Source: a virus (taxonomy: Duplodnaviria > Caudoviricetes). From it: DNA of 58,855 nt. The notes below the pieces were generated by a model. It ran no database searches. It was not told the origin of the DNA and worked only from the letters and a program-made list of their open reading frames with translations. Shown one piece after another: positions 45,484-54,506 of this stretch. The stretch is taken from IMG/VR virus record IMGVR_UViG_3300036915_000009, positions 1-58,855 of that record, one strand, 5' to 3'. The number at the start of each line of letters is the position of its first letter. The stretch's first letter is position 1. Both the position numbers and the translations under genes were made by a program.

Positions 45484-45786
45484 ATGCGACCCACCGATCT
45501 CGAACGAATTTGCAAGCAAGATGGCTGTTGCGTGATCAGCGAATGCACGATGGCACCCGAGGACACGATCCCGAAGATGCTGCGCACACTGCAGTCACTC
45601 GACCCGGAAGGCTACGAGCAACTTGCTTGCCCCGCCGTTGGGTTCTCTGCCCTCTACAGTGGCGACGAATACAGCGAGGACGCCTTCGACATCCTGCTCA
45701 ACGCGCTGGACGAACTGTCACCCGAAGGCTTTCGCTTCGGCGCCCACGATGACGATCCGGCGTGTCTCGGGTTCTTCCCGTACTAA
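45484..45786 (+). CDS. Acidic hypothetical protein
   Basis: Leader motif; LNALDELSPEGFRFGAHDDD..LGFF. Confidence 0.75.
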   Translation: MRPTDLERICKQDGCCVISECTMAPEDTIPKMLRTLQSLDPEGYEQLACPAVGFSALYSGDEYSEDAFDILLNALDELSPEGFRFGAHDDDPACLGFFPY

Positions 45787-45815
45787 GATCAAACTTTCAA
45801 AGGAAACCAAGACCA

Positions 45816-46241
45816 ATGCAGAAGCTACACCTCGTGAACCCGTCCCATCGGGACATCTGCCAAGCCGAGCACAGCTACATTTTCCACTTCGGCGCTTACG
45901 GTTGGACCGCGTGCCGCGTTTGGGCTGACTCGCTCGAAGGCGCGTTAGACATCGCCGCCGACTGGTTGCGAGAGTTCGCGCCCGGACTGATCATGACTCG
46001 CGAGAGCGATGCCTTGATGGAACTCTACAAGGAAGCGCGGGACGAGATCGCGCCCGGCTTCGATCTAAAGTCTGACTGGTCAGAGAACGAGGAGACGTTC
46101 CTGGCGATCGAAGAAAAGGCCACCGCCGATCTGACTCACACCGAGTCCGGCTACATTACTTCGCACGAATGGTCCGTCATCGAGGACCCATCGCGAGAGC
46201 TGATCAAAACCCAATACGAAAGCATCTTCAGCGGCGAGTGA
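45816..46241 (+). CDS. Acidic hypothetical protein
   Basis: Leader motif. Confidence 0.75.
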   Translation: MQKLHLVNPSHRDICQAEHSYIFHFGAYGWTACRVWADSLEGALDIAADWLREFAPGLIMTRESDALMELYKEARDEIAPGFDLKSDWSENEETFLAIEEKATADLTHTESGYITSHEWSVIEDPSRELIKTQYESIFSGE

Positions 46242-46274
46242 TCTCGCGCTGCACCGAAAGGAAAACCAAGACCA

Positions 46275-46616
46275 ATGAAACATTCAAACGCATACTGGAT
46301 TGCTCTCGCCGCCGCCGAAGAAGTGGAGCAAGTATGGGGTCGATCGGATGTCGGACTGACCATCGCACAGGTGGCAGAACGCATCGGACGCCCCGCGACT
46401 TATCGCGAAGCGCTCGCGCTAGCGGCTCGCGTCCACACTGGACGTCTGACCGTCGATCTCAGCGGGATCTTCGGCGTCTATCTCCCCCGCGGCTGCGGCT
46501 TCATCAACCACGCCTACATCGAACGCGTGGGCAGCGATCGCGATGAGTTTACTCGCGTTCCTTGCGATCGCGACCCTTCTCCCACTCCAGAAGAAACCGG
46601 GATCTGGCCGCTATGA
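46275..46616 (+). CDS. Hypothetical protein, possible HTH
   Basis: Leader motif; LTIAQVAERIG. Confidence 0.65.
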   Translation: MKHSNAYWIALAAAEEVEQVWGRSDVGLTIAQVAERIGRPATYREALALAARVHTGRLTVDLSGIFGVYLPRGCGFINHAYIERVGSDRDEFTRVPCDRDPSPTPEETGIWPL

Positions 46617-46999
46617 AGGCGCTATCTGTTCGCCAGCCGTGGGCGTCGCTGATTGCAAGCGGCGTCAAAACGATCGAACTCCGCACCTGGCAGCGCAGCT
46701 ATAGCGGTGATCTTCTGATTTGCGCTAGCTCGAATGTGTGGCGTGGACAGTTTGAAGGTCTGATCGACGCTGACTCGTGGAACAAAGCGCTAAAGGGGCC
46801 GCGCGGTGTTGCTCTGTGCGTCGTGGAGGTGCTCGCGATACGTCCGGCGACTGCAGCGGACGCTTCGGCGGCATGCTCCATGCCTTCGCCTAGAGACTAT
46901 GCGTGGATCCTGCGCAACGTTCGAGCGATACCACCTCGCGCCGTGAGGGGTCGACTCGGGCTATTCGATGCGGACACCGCGATTCCCGCTTCACTATGA
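46613..46999 (+). CDS. ASCH domain protein
   Basis: MKALSVRQPWASLIASGVKTIELRTW...LLICAS...RGRLGLF. Confidence 0.9.
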   Translation: MKALSVRQPWASLIASGVKTIELRTWQRSYSGDLLICASSNVWRGQFEGLIDADSWNKALKGPRGVALCVVEVLAIRPATAADASAACSMPSPRDYAWILRNVRAIPPRAVRGRLGLFDADTAIPASL

Positions 47000-47010
47000 C
47001 GGCTCTCTCG

Positions 47011-47060
47011 CGTTTTGCGGACCTCCGCCTAGTGTCCAGCTGCTGGACGTCCGCAAAACG
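47011..47060. terminator. Branched stem-loop after the ASCH gene
   Basis: CGTTTTGCGGAC...GTCCGCAAAACG arms with inner GTCCAGC/GCTGGAC. Confidence 0.45.
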
Positions 47061-47147
47061 GCTCTGAATCGAACCTCGCGGGTTCGTTCACTTTTGAAAC
47101 AATTGCCTGGGGCCACTGTCGCCCCGTAGACTGAAAGAACCAAGACC

Positions 47148-47525
47148 ATGAAAAAAGACATCCAAGCCGCCATCGCGGCCGGGCACGAAAAGACCGACCT
47201 CCACAACCTGGAAAGTGCCCTCGCATCGGAGCGCCAGGACTTCGACACCGCTCTGACCGCATGGCTGCAACGCGCTCAGGCGCTCGTCACTGCGGAGTAT
47301 GGCAACGAATCGCCGCAGCTGTCTGTTATGGACTCGCGCTATCGGTACATCCGGATCGTGCGCACGATCTACGGCGACCAAAAGAGCGTGTTTTGCTTCA
47401 TTGATCGAGAAACGGGAGACGTGCTGAAAGCAGCCGGGTGGAAGCGACCCGCTAAGCACGCGCGCGGAAACATTTTCACCGGCAAGGATGGAATCACTGC
47501 ATACGGTGGGATCTATATGCGCTGA
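47148..47525 (+). CDS. Hypothetical phage protein
   Basis: Leader motif; FIDRETGDVLKAAGWKRPAKHARGNI. Confidence 0.75.
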   Translation: MKKDIQAAIAAGHEKTDLHNLESALASERQDFDTALTAWLQRAQALVTAEYGNESPQLSVMDSRYRYIRIVRTIYGDQKSVFCFIDRETGDVLKAAGWKRPAKHARGNIFTGKDGITAYGGIYMR

Positions 47526-47609
47526 AAGCGACCGGCGCAGCGCGCCCCCCCGCCAAAGGGGGCTCGCAACGCTGGCCACCTTCGGCCACTGAAAGGGACC
47601 AAGACCAAA
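47521..47609 (+). repeat. ~90-bp direct repeat, copy 1
   Basis: GCTGAAAGCGACCGGCGCAGCGCG...TGGCCACCTTCGGCCACTGAAA...CCAAGACC. Confidence 0.9.
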
Positions 47610-47867
47610 ATGACCACGCTAGACAACGCATTCGCACCCGAGATTTCATGCCTCCGATCCCTCGCCCTCGTGCGGGACAACACCGCGCATGAGGGGAAGC
47701 GCATAGCCGAGATCGGGGTGGACAGCCTCGCGCGCGAGCTGCGGCGGGGCGACGATCTCGCTCTTGCGCTGCGCTGGGTCGAGAGCCTGCGTACGACGCT
47801 CGGCACGGCGGCGGCGGCCGAGCTAGACGCGATCCGGGCAGGGGTCGAAAGCAGGCTCGGAAGCTGA
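47610..47867 (+). CDS. Hypothetical protein flanked by direct repeats
   Basis: Leader motif; stop codon lies within repeat copy 2. Confidence 0.7.
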   Translation: MTTLDNAFAPEISCLRSLALVRDNTAHEGKRIAEIGVDSLARELRRGDDLALALRWVESLRTTLGTAAAAELDAIRAGVESRLGS

Positions 47868-47953
47868 AAGCGACCGGCGCAGCGCGCCCCCCGCCAAAGG
47901 GGGGGGCTCGCAACGCTGGCCACCTTCGGCCACTGAAAAAGGAAACCAAGACC
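47863..47953 (+). repeat. ~90-bp direct repeat, copy 2
   Basis: Differs from copy 1 mainly in C/G/A run lengths. Confidence 0.9.
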
Positions 47954-48781
47954 ATGGCAGATCCAAACGAAACCTGCGGACCATTTACGACTCTTGTCGA
48001 CGCGCAAACCTGGCTCGACAATTCGGGCACCCGCGACTGGCAATGGTTCGCGGGCTACGACGAGGGCGAGCACGCGCTATTCCTCTATCGCTACGCCGAC
48101 GGCGAGCACCCGGACGCCGTGCTCTCGGCGTGGCTGCTGAGCAAGGCCGAAGATCCCCACGACTATTCAATGGATCGCGATCGGGTCGAGGAAGGGGAAG
48201 CGATACTAGCCGCGAACGATCCCTGCCTGCGCGAGAAGAGCCGCGAAGGGATCAGCGACGAGCTGCGAACCGCCATCGAACGCTACGAGCGTCGAGCGGC
48301 CGCCATCGGCTACGGCACGATCGTGCGGGCGACCATGCCGGACGGCGTCGAGCGCGAGGGGGAGTTCGTCGAACTCGGCTATGGCGGCTGCCAGCCGGGG
48401 CTGAAGGCGGACGGAAAGCGTTTCGCGATCCCACCTCGCGAGTTCGAGCGTTTGGCGATCGAAGCAGAGCATCCACTGGGCGGGGAGCTGATAACCGATT
48501 GCTTTGACGATCCGATGGAGTCACTGCCGAAGCTCATGACCGCGCTGGAAAAGCTCTCACCGGCCGCCCACGCCGCACTAACGGCGCCCAATGCCCTCTA
48601 CTCTCGCATCCCCCCGGACGCCATGCGCGATCCGTCGCACGATTGGTGGACCGAGCACGCGGACGAGCTGCTGAAGCCGATGGTGGCCGCTATCTTCGCA
48701 GCGTGCCCACCGGGATACGAGGTCACGTGGGCACCGACTCGAACGGGCGACGCGCTGCTGCTCAGGCGGGTGAACGCATGA
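47954..48781 (+). CDS. Multi-domain hypothetical protein
   Basis: Leader motif; C-terminus resembles 45484-45786. Confidence 0.7.
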   Translation: MADPNETCGPFTTLVDAQTWLDNSGTRDWQWFAGYDEGEHALFLYRYADGEHPDAVLSAWLLSKAEDPHDYSMDRDRVEEGEAILAANDPCLREKSREGISDELRTAIERYERRAAAIGYGTIVRATMPDGVEREGEFVELGYGGCQPGLKADGKRFAIPPREFERLAIEAEHPLGGELITDCFDDPMESLPKLMTALEKLSPAAHAALTAPNALYSRIPPDAMRDPSHDWWTEHADELLKPMVAAIFAACPPGYEVTWAPTRTGDALLLRRVNA

Positions 48782-48957
48782 GGATCCGAACCATCACTGG
48801 CGCGCTGCGGAAGATCGCAGCGTGCAAGACTCACGAGGAACTAGTTCGCGTGGAAAGTTACCTAAGCCGAATTGCATGGAACGACGGGGGGGCAATTCGC
48901 CAAGCCGCCGAAGAGCGGCGCAGCGCGCTATGGCTGGAAGGGGAGCCTGACAAGTGA
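48778..48957 (+). CDS. Hypothetical protein
   Basis: ATGA-coupled. Confidence 0.55.
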   Translation: MRIRTITGALRKIAACKTHEELVRVESYLSRIAWNDGGAIRQAAEERRSALWLEGEPDK

Positions 48958-49541
48958 TCTCGACCAAGGAAAAGATCGAAGCGGCCGAGCACGCGGTGAA
49001 GGCTTGCGAGGAGCGACTGGCGCAGGCCGTCGAGCAGCTGGCCGCCGAGCACCGCAGGCTGCAGCGCGAGCGTGGCGTCCTCGACCGCTTGCGCAAGCGG
49101 CTGCAGCTGGAGCGGCTCGGCGGCAAGAAGCTGGCCGACGCTGAACTCGGCTTCGATGACGTGGTCGACAGTAAGACGGATGGCGAGCCGCGGGATCACA
49201 GCGCGCAGGCAGCATGGTATCGCGAACTCACACCAGCGCGGCGCGATGCTGTTGCCATCGCGAACGAGGAGAACTATTCCGTCCACGTGGGGTGCGGTGG
49301 CGAGGTGTGGAACGATAGCTCGATCGGCATGCCGGTCTGCGCCCGTTGCAACAGCCGCGTGCTCTCCATCGACATCCAGCACCCCACGGTGACCGTTCAC
49401 CTGCTGAGACATGGCCTTGCCGCCTGCGGCTTCTCGCGCGAGGTGCCAGCGCTCTGGCCCAAGGGGCACCGATGGTGCCGGAACATAACGGGAGTAACTT
49501 GCGCGGGCTGCCGCCACGAGGTGGAGCGAACGACGTGCTGA
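48954..49541 (+). CDS. Coiled-coil plus zinc-finger protein
   Basis: GTGA-coupled; HVGC...CARC, CAGC. Confidence 0.55.
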   Translation: MISTKEKIEAAEHAVKACEERLAQAVEQLAAEHRRLQRERGVLDRLRKRLQLERLGGKKLADAELGFDDVVDSKTDGEPRDHSAQAAWYRELTPARRDAVAIANEENYSVHVGCGGEVWNDSSIGMPVCARCNSRVLSIDIQHPTVTVHLLRHGLAACGFSREVPALWPKGHRWCRNITGVTCAGCRHEVERTTC

Positions 49542-50527
49542 CCGAGCCCATTCGCCAGGCCATCGTGGACGACATCGCTCGGCGGTGGCCGCAGGCGATC
49601 CACGTGGACATGCTGCGCCGCTGTCCCCTTGAGCGGGCGCCCGCCGTGATCGGAGCCATTTGCGTGATGTGGCCGGAAGCTCGCGCCTTCTCGCGCTGGC
49701 TTATCAGCACGACGGCGCCCGACTTTGCCGCTGCAGTGGTGCGATCGGCGCCGCAGTACCCCCACGCTCGGCTAACGCAACTCGCTCGGCTCGTGCTGGG
49801 CGAGTCCCCGGTGCAGCTGAGTGACCACCAGCTAACGCGGCGGGAGGCGCATCAATGGCTTGCTGCGCGCCCAGACGACACCGAGCCCGCCGAATGGTAT
49901 CTACAGCACCACAACATTGCGGAGATCTCGCACTGCAGAACGATCGCGGTAGCTCGCTGGATCGTGCGGTGCAGCAAGGATCCACACAAGTGGCGTTCGA
50001 TGCTGAAGCTGCGCCGGCAAGGATGCTACATCTACCGGGTGGACGAACTCTCTGACGTGGACCTATGTCCTGGCGTTCACGAGACGTTTCGGCGCGCCAC
50101 TCGCAGGCTGGCGGCCAGCAACCGTGCGCTGCAGTTCGCTGCGGACGCGCCGCTCTATGAGCCACCGTCGTGGTGGAGCGAGATCGAAGGGATCCGCCTG
50201 CTGCGGACGATCGATGACCTTCGCGCCGAAGGCCACGCCATGAAGCACTGTGTGGCGGACTACGCTCCGATCGCGGCGATCGGCAGCACCGTGCTCTTGT
50301 CCGTTGAGGCGGACGGCCAACGCTCCACCGCAGAGTTACGCATGAGCAGTGGCGAGGTTGTGCAGCACCTCGGCTGGCGCAACCAACCGCCGCCCAAGGC
50401 TTGCATCAAGCGACTCGAGGAAGCGACTAGGACATGGGCGAAGGCTCAGCGCTTCAGCCAGCACGCATCGCGTGGCATCATCATTGATGATCCCTACCAC
50501 CCCGATCGAGGGCCTCAGGGGGCGTGA
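49535..50527 (+). CDS. PcfJ-like domain protein
   Basis: LRTIDDLRAEGHAMKHCVADY...TAEL...QHLGWRN. Confidence 0.7.
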   Translation: MLTEPIRQAIVDDIARRWPQAIHVDMLRRCPLERAPAVIGAICVMWPEARAFSRWLISTTAPDFAAAVVRSAPQYPHARLTQLARLVLGESPVQLSDHQLTRREAHQWLAARPDDTEPAEWYLQHHNIAEISHCRTIAVARWIVRCSKDPHKWRSMLKLRRQGCYIYRVDELSDVDLCPGVHETFRRATRRLAASNRALQFAADAPLYEPPSWWSEIEGIRLLRTIDDLRAEGHAMKHCVADYAPIAAIGSTVLLSVEADGQRSTAELRMSSGEVVQHLGWRNQPPPKACIKRLEEATRTWAKAQRFSQHASRGIIIDDPYHPDRGPQGA

Positions 50528-50952
50528 TAGATGACGGGCGGCGCGAAGGCAGCACTGGACGCGCCGCCGATGCGAACCGCCTGATAGTAGTACCAAGCGC
50601 GCAACGGCGCGCAGCCATCCTCTTTTAGGATGCCATAGAACGTCTCGTCCGCTGCCTTTCGGAAGTCTTGATCGAGCATGCCGAGCCGCATTAGCTCGTA
50701 CAGGCCATCGTGAACGAGCCCGGCTCTCATGTTTGTGCGGTCGTCCCTGGTGGGGCCGCTGCAGCCGTCCCATGTGTAGCCGAGCCGATGAACGAGGATG
50801 CCGTCAGGTCGAAGGTAAAGGCGCTGTGTCTTCACGTTCTGCCCGAAGATCCCGGTGTAGTTCGCCGCCCAGCGCGCAAGCTCGTACCCTCCAGCTCGTC
50901 GAAAGTATTCGATGCGCTTCTGATCCGCGCGTTCGATCACCGCATCGGCCAT
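50515..50952 (-). CDS. DUF1353-like protein
   Basis: GYTWDGCSGP...AGLVHDGLY...ADETF...YQAVRIGG. Confidence 0.7.
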   Translation of the reverse strand: MADAVIERADQKRIEYFRRAGGYELARWAANYTGIFGQNVKTQRLYLRPDGILVHRLGYTWDGCSGPTRDDRTNMRAGLVHDGLYELMRLGMLDQDFRKAADETFYGILKEDGCAPLRAWYYYQAVRIGGASSAAFAPPVIYHAP

Positions 50953-50991
50953 GCCGAGGAGTGTAGCGCAGCCAGCGAGCCGCCGCCCGCG

Positions 50992-51279
50992 TCAGCGCTT
51001 CGCGTCAGCGCTTGGTGGTGGTGGCGGAGCGACTGGCGGGCGGCAGAACTCTCGGTAAGCGCGATCGAAGGCGGTGGCGAGCGCGAGCGCAAGATCGGTC
51101 AGCGAGAGTCGTGTCTCCACCCAATTGGGCTCCACCTGCTCCCAGCCGATGGCGTCCTGATACCTCACCCGCACTTCGAGATCCTTGCCGTCGCGGACGC
51201 TGATGTCGATGTCGGAGTAGCCCATGGCTTCGATCGCACGGCAGATCATCAAAGCCAGTTCGAGTTCCGTCCGTTTCAT
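50992..51279 (-). CDS. Hypothetical protein
   Basis: ATGA-coupled to ruvC. Confidence 0.55.
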   Translation of the reverse strand: MKRTELELALMICRAIEAMGYSDIDISVRDGKDLEVRVRYQDAIGWEQVEPNWVETRLSLTDLALALATAFDRAYREFCRPPVAPPPPPSADAKR

Positions 51280-51887
51280 GAGATGAGCCCGAGCGCTGCG
51301 CGCTGTTTGGCCAGTTCGATGGCATGCCTCCGGCCCGTGGCAACCGCGACGGCCAGCGCATCGGCGGCGTGCTCGCTGCAGCTGACGCCGAGCATACGGC
51401 TGACGGCTTGCTTTACCTGCGCTTTGGAGCCACGCCCGCCGCCCTTGCCGAGCAGCGAAACCTTCACTGTAGCCGGGGCCACCTCGTAGCATGGCAAGCG
51501 ATGGATCCGCGCAGCGCAGCGCAGCGCGCCCACCACCTCGTGGACCCGGCGGCTCGACGCGTTCGAGTGCACCTTGGTCGGGTCTTCCAGCATGAGCTTC
51601 GCTTTGCCTGCTTCGACGCCCGCTTGGTTCTCGTACCCCATCACCTCAGGCTTGTGGAGCTCTAGCAGTTCCAACACCCGATCGCAAATCAGATCCATCC
51701 GCTCAGGCGCGGTCATCTTGGCGGTGGTGCGGAGCGTGTCATGGTGCAGGACGCGAACGCGGCTCGCCGTTAGCAGAAGCACGCCGATGCCAACGAAGGC
51801 GAAGCCAGGATCGCACCCGAGCGCGATCATCGACACTTGGGGCAGGGTGCTGGGAAGTTGTTCGTGGGGCCGCCAGGGCAGCGACAC
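51276..51887 (-). CDS. ruvC: RuvC-like Holliday junction resolvase
   Basis: LGCDPG, MGYE, VAPATVK..LLGKG..SKAQV, HAADALAVA; start may be 51830. Confidence 0.88.
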   Translation of the reverse strand: MSLPWRPHEQLPSTLPQVSMIALGCDPGFAFVGIGVLLLTASRVRVLHHDTLRTTAKMTAPERMDLICDRVLELLELHKPEVMGYENQAGVEAGKAKLMLEDPTKVHSNASSRRVHEVVGALRCAARIHRLPCYEVAPATVKVSLLGKGGGRGSKAQVKQAVSRMLGVSCSEHAADALAVAVATGRRHAIELAKQRAALGLIS

Positions 51888-52258
51888 CGCCTAACGTGGC
51901 CGCAGGAATAGATCGTCGTGCCGTGCCCCGGGTGCGAGCCACCAGTGACTGACTTGACCTCGATCTTTTGCTCGGCGCCCACCAGTGGCTCGGTGCTGCG
52001 CGTCTCGACGCATCGGGTTAGTTGATACAGCGCCGCGACGGGCGTCAGGTGGTTATCGGCCACGAGAGACGATATTCCCAAGCTCGCCCCCGTCAGCAGC
52101 TGACGGAACTCCTGCGGCTCGGCTTCGGCAAGCGCCACGCTGATCAAGTGAACGAAGCGGGCGAAGTCAGCGCCCAGCTTCGCCTTCAGTTTGCCGGTCA
52201 GCTGCGGGGACTGGTGCAGCAGGTGGGCAAAGGGGTCGCGCTTGGGGTCGATCATCAT
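51827..52258 (-). CDS. Hypothetical protein with C-terminal Cys cluster
   Basis: CGH..CRC..CPKC. Confidence 0.55.
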   Translation of the reverse strand: MMIDPKRDPFAHLLHQSPQLTGKLKAKLGADFARFVHLISVALAEAEPQEFRQLLTGASLGISSLVADNHLTPVAALYQLTRCVETRSTEPLVGAEQKIEVKSVTGGSHPGHGTTIYSCGHVRRCRCPGGPTNNFPAPCPKCR

Positions 52259-52716
52259 AAGGCCGACTCCTTTTGCAGCAGCGCGAGTGCTGCCCGTTGC
52301 GAGGTTTGGAAGTCAGTATCCGGATTGAGCCGCCCATCGGCGAGCATCCTCGTGAAGCTGCTGAAGATGGCCAGCGCTTGATCGTCCTCCAATGCTTCGA
52401 ACTGGTGAATGAGGTTCACTGGCGACAGAACCGAGATCGTGGAGGCCAGTCCCGGATCCGGATCCACATCCGGGTTCAGTGCATAGATCAGGATCTCGTG
52501 CGAGATATGCTCAGACCACTTATCGGCCTTCGGAAGCTCAGGTGCGTTGCGCAGATGGCATAAGCTAACGAGATAGTCGTGCCACACCGGATGCGCATCA
52601 GGACGGCGAAGCAGCACGCCACGCAAACAGCCAGGCGCGCCGCCACGGAAATCCCAGACGTTTGCGCCCTCGTCGGCGCTGGGTAGCTCGATCGGTTTGA
52701 TGCTTCTTTCAGCCAT
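52255..52716 (-). CDS. Hypothetical protein
   Basis: AHPVWHDY...HEILIYALNP. Confidence 0.65.
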   Translation of the reverse strand: MAERSIKPIELPSADEGANVWDFRGGAPGCLRGVLLRRPDAHPVWHDYLVSLCHLRNAPELPKADKWSEHISHEILIYALNPDVDPDPGLASTISVLSPVNLIHQFEALEDDQALAIFSSFTRMLADGRLNPDTDFQTSQRAALALLQKESAL

Positions 52717-52870
52717 TCGCGCTCTGCTTCCTGCGCCGCTTGCGCTTCGGCGCTGCTTCCCGTTTGCAGTCCTCGCACACTACTGGGTGCCCCGGCTCGT
52801 CGCCGCCCATGAACACGCCGCACCGCTCGCACAGCAGACCCGAGAGCATCATGTCCGCGATCTCACCCAT
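52709..52870 (-). CDS. Small zinc-finger protein
   Basis: MGEIADMMLSGLLCERCG...CEDC. Confidence 0.7.
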   Translation of the reverse strand: MGEIADMMLSGLLCERCGVFMGGDEPGHPVVCEDCKREAAPKRKRRRKQSANG

Positions 52871-53210
52871 GCGTCGGCCCTCCAGTGTCGGTCGCCCACA
52901 GTCCGCCGAGCCTGCGCTCCTCGTAGCTGAGCCCCTGGGAGCGGTAGAACTCACGAGCCAGCACCATGCCTTCAGACCATCCCCGATCGAGGTAGAAGGC
53001 GCGTCGCTGCAAAGTGGCTGCCATCGCGAGCCCTGCGCTCCTGCCTTGGTCACGTTGCTGCGGATCGCTATCGTCCACCGCGGTCGTCAGCATCTTATGG
53101 CTCGCATACGGCGTCTCAGCGCGCAGCAGGCAGTCCCGGATGCATGCGTCGAGATACACCAGCGCCAGCGGATCGGCTCGGAAGGGGCTCTCGATTGCGA
53201 CGGTGATCAT
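52863..53210 (-). CDS. Nucleoside 2-deoxyribosyltransferase-like fold protein
   Basis: IESPF...PYASH...DD....R..G...YLDRGWSEGM. Confidence 0.6.
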   Translation of the reverse strand: MITVAIESPFRADPLALVYLDACIRDCLLRAETPYASHKMLTTAVDDSDPQQRDQGRSAGLAMAATLQRRAFYLDRGWSEGMVLAREFYRSQGLSYEERRLGGLWATDTGGPTHG

Positions 53211-53650
53211 TGCACCGCCTCGCGAGCGAGCAAAGCGCGCCGCGCCCGAAGCCATCCCTCGCACACGGGATAGTCTGGCGCAGTGACGATCCGGCCTTCG
53301 AGCACCACGAGCCGCGGCCGATAGTTGCCCGGCTCAGGCGTGCCGCTGCGCGCTTCGATTGGCATCCCTTGATGGCATCGGAACGGCTCCTGGCGAGCGG
53401 CTAGCTCGGCGAGCATGCCTTCCTCCGGGCTGCCCTTGCGGAATGCACAGTCGAAGCACATCTCGCCGCCCCGCGATTCGTGGTCGGCCCAGGCGTCAAC
53501 CACACACTGCTCGTGACTTGCCTCGGGGTGCGAGCAGGTACAGCGCTCCGGACCCATGGCGGCGGCGCCCATGCATTTCGGATGGTGGTGCACCTCGATG
53601 CACGAGCGCACCAGACGGTGCTCGGGGTAGTCATATCCTGCGGCGCTCAT
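53207..53650 (-). CDS. Cys-rich hypothetical protein
   Basis: CFDCAFR...FRCH...CEGW. Confidence 0.6.
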   Translation of the reverse strand: MSAAGYDYPEHRLVRSCIEVHHHPKCMGAAAMGPERCTCSHPEASHEQCVVDAWADHESRGGEMCFDCAFRKGSPEEGMLAELAARQEPFRCHQGMPIEARSGTPEPGNYRPRLVVLEGRIVTAPDYPVCEGWLRARRALLAREAVQ

Positions 53651-54006
53651 AGCTCCCCCCGGGCGTTGGCGGCCACCATCTGCTCGAACGACGGATATTG
53701 CTCGCCCACCACCTGCAGCGCCTCGGGGTCGAAGCGATCGGTGGCCAAGGCCATGCGCAGGTGAAAGTTCATCGGCCCGGTTCCGTCGGGCCGAGTCTGG
53801 TTGTGCAAGTACCCAACGCAAGCCGCCTCTCGGCCTTCCGGCGTTTCGTGGCACGCGAACAAGGCTCCAAAACCCTGGCGGATGCTCGGCTCAAGGGCGA
53901 AGAAGCGCGCGAGATTGAAGCGCTGAAGCTGCGCTTGTTTGCGCCATGGGCAAGTCGGACATTGCCGCTTGATGCGAAAGCTCGGCGAGCTGTTGCATTC
54001 ACGCAT
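53647..54006 (-). CDS. DUF6283-like Cys-cluster protein
   Basis: CPTCPWR...FACH...CVGYL. Confidence 0.6.
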   Translation of the reverse strand: MRECNSSPSFRIKRQCPTCPWRKQAQLQRFNLARFFALEPSIRQGFGALFACHETPEGREAACVGYLHNQTRPDGTGPMNFHLRMALATDRFDPEALQVVGEQYPSFEQMVAANARGEL

Positions 54007-54026
54007 CGGACGCCACCACCGTTCCC

Positions 54027-54371
54027 CTAGTGGTCTTGATCTCTCGCATGGTCTTGGTTTCCCTCATGTTGTCCCTTCTCGGCGGGAGGCCCGTCGCCCC
54101 CCGGATCCCAAACGATGTAGGTCCCGCGTTCTACCGCCGGATGGCTCACGATGCGATCGCAAAGTGAATGCCGCGGGAGCCGCTTGAAGTCATCGGGGTG
54201 GAGATAGACAAACGAACTCGGGTTCAAAAACGCCCTTGCGAGCGCCTGTGCCTCGGAACGGCCGCGCTCGCCATCGCTCTGCAGCTCGTCCGCGAACCGC
54301 TCCACCTCTTGCTCCTGTAGCTTTGCCAGTCGAGCCATGACGCTCTCGATCGCTGAGCGCAGAGCGATCAC
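54027..54371 (-). CDS. Hypothetical protein
   Basis: ORF in operon; start uncertain. Confidence 0.45.
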   Translation of the reverse strand: MIALRSAIESVMARLAKLQEQEVERFADELQSDGERGRSEAQALARAFLNPSSFVYLHPDDFKRLPRHSLCDRIVSHPAVERGTYIVWDPGGDGPPAEKGQHEGNQDHARDQDH

Positions 54372-54506
54372 GACGCCACCACGCGAGCCAGGCAGACGAC
54401 CCACAGCGCGAACACCACCGAGCCAAACAGATCGGGGTGGGTTTGATCGCACCCGCCCATGAAGCCCGCCATCACCAGCAACGCTAGCACCGTCGCAACC
54501 ACTCCC

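Larger units (their letters stand above)
45134..47956 (+). repeat. Seven copies of the start-associated motif GAAAGGAAACCAAGACC(A)ATG
   Basis: 45134, 45466, 45799, 46256, 47133, 47591, 47935; each ends in a gene start codon. Confidence 0.85.

Noticed and set aside
45134-47956. CRISPR or mini-array reading of the repeated motif
   Set aside because: Spacing is 330-880 bp of coding sequence, each repeat ends in a start codon, and no cas genes are present
50470-50495. GIIIDDP at the end of the PcfJ-like protein resembling a Walker B motif
   Set aside because: Isolated heptapeptide with no other ATPase motif; likely chance
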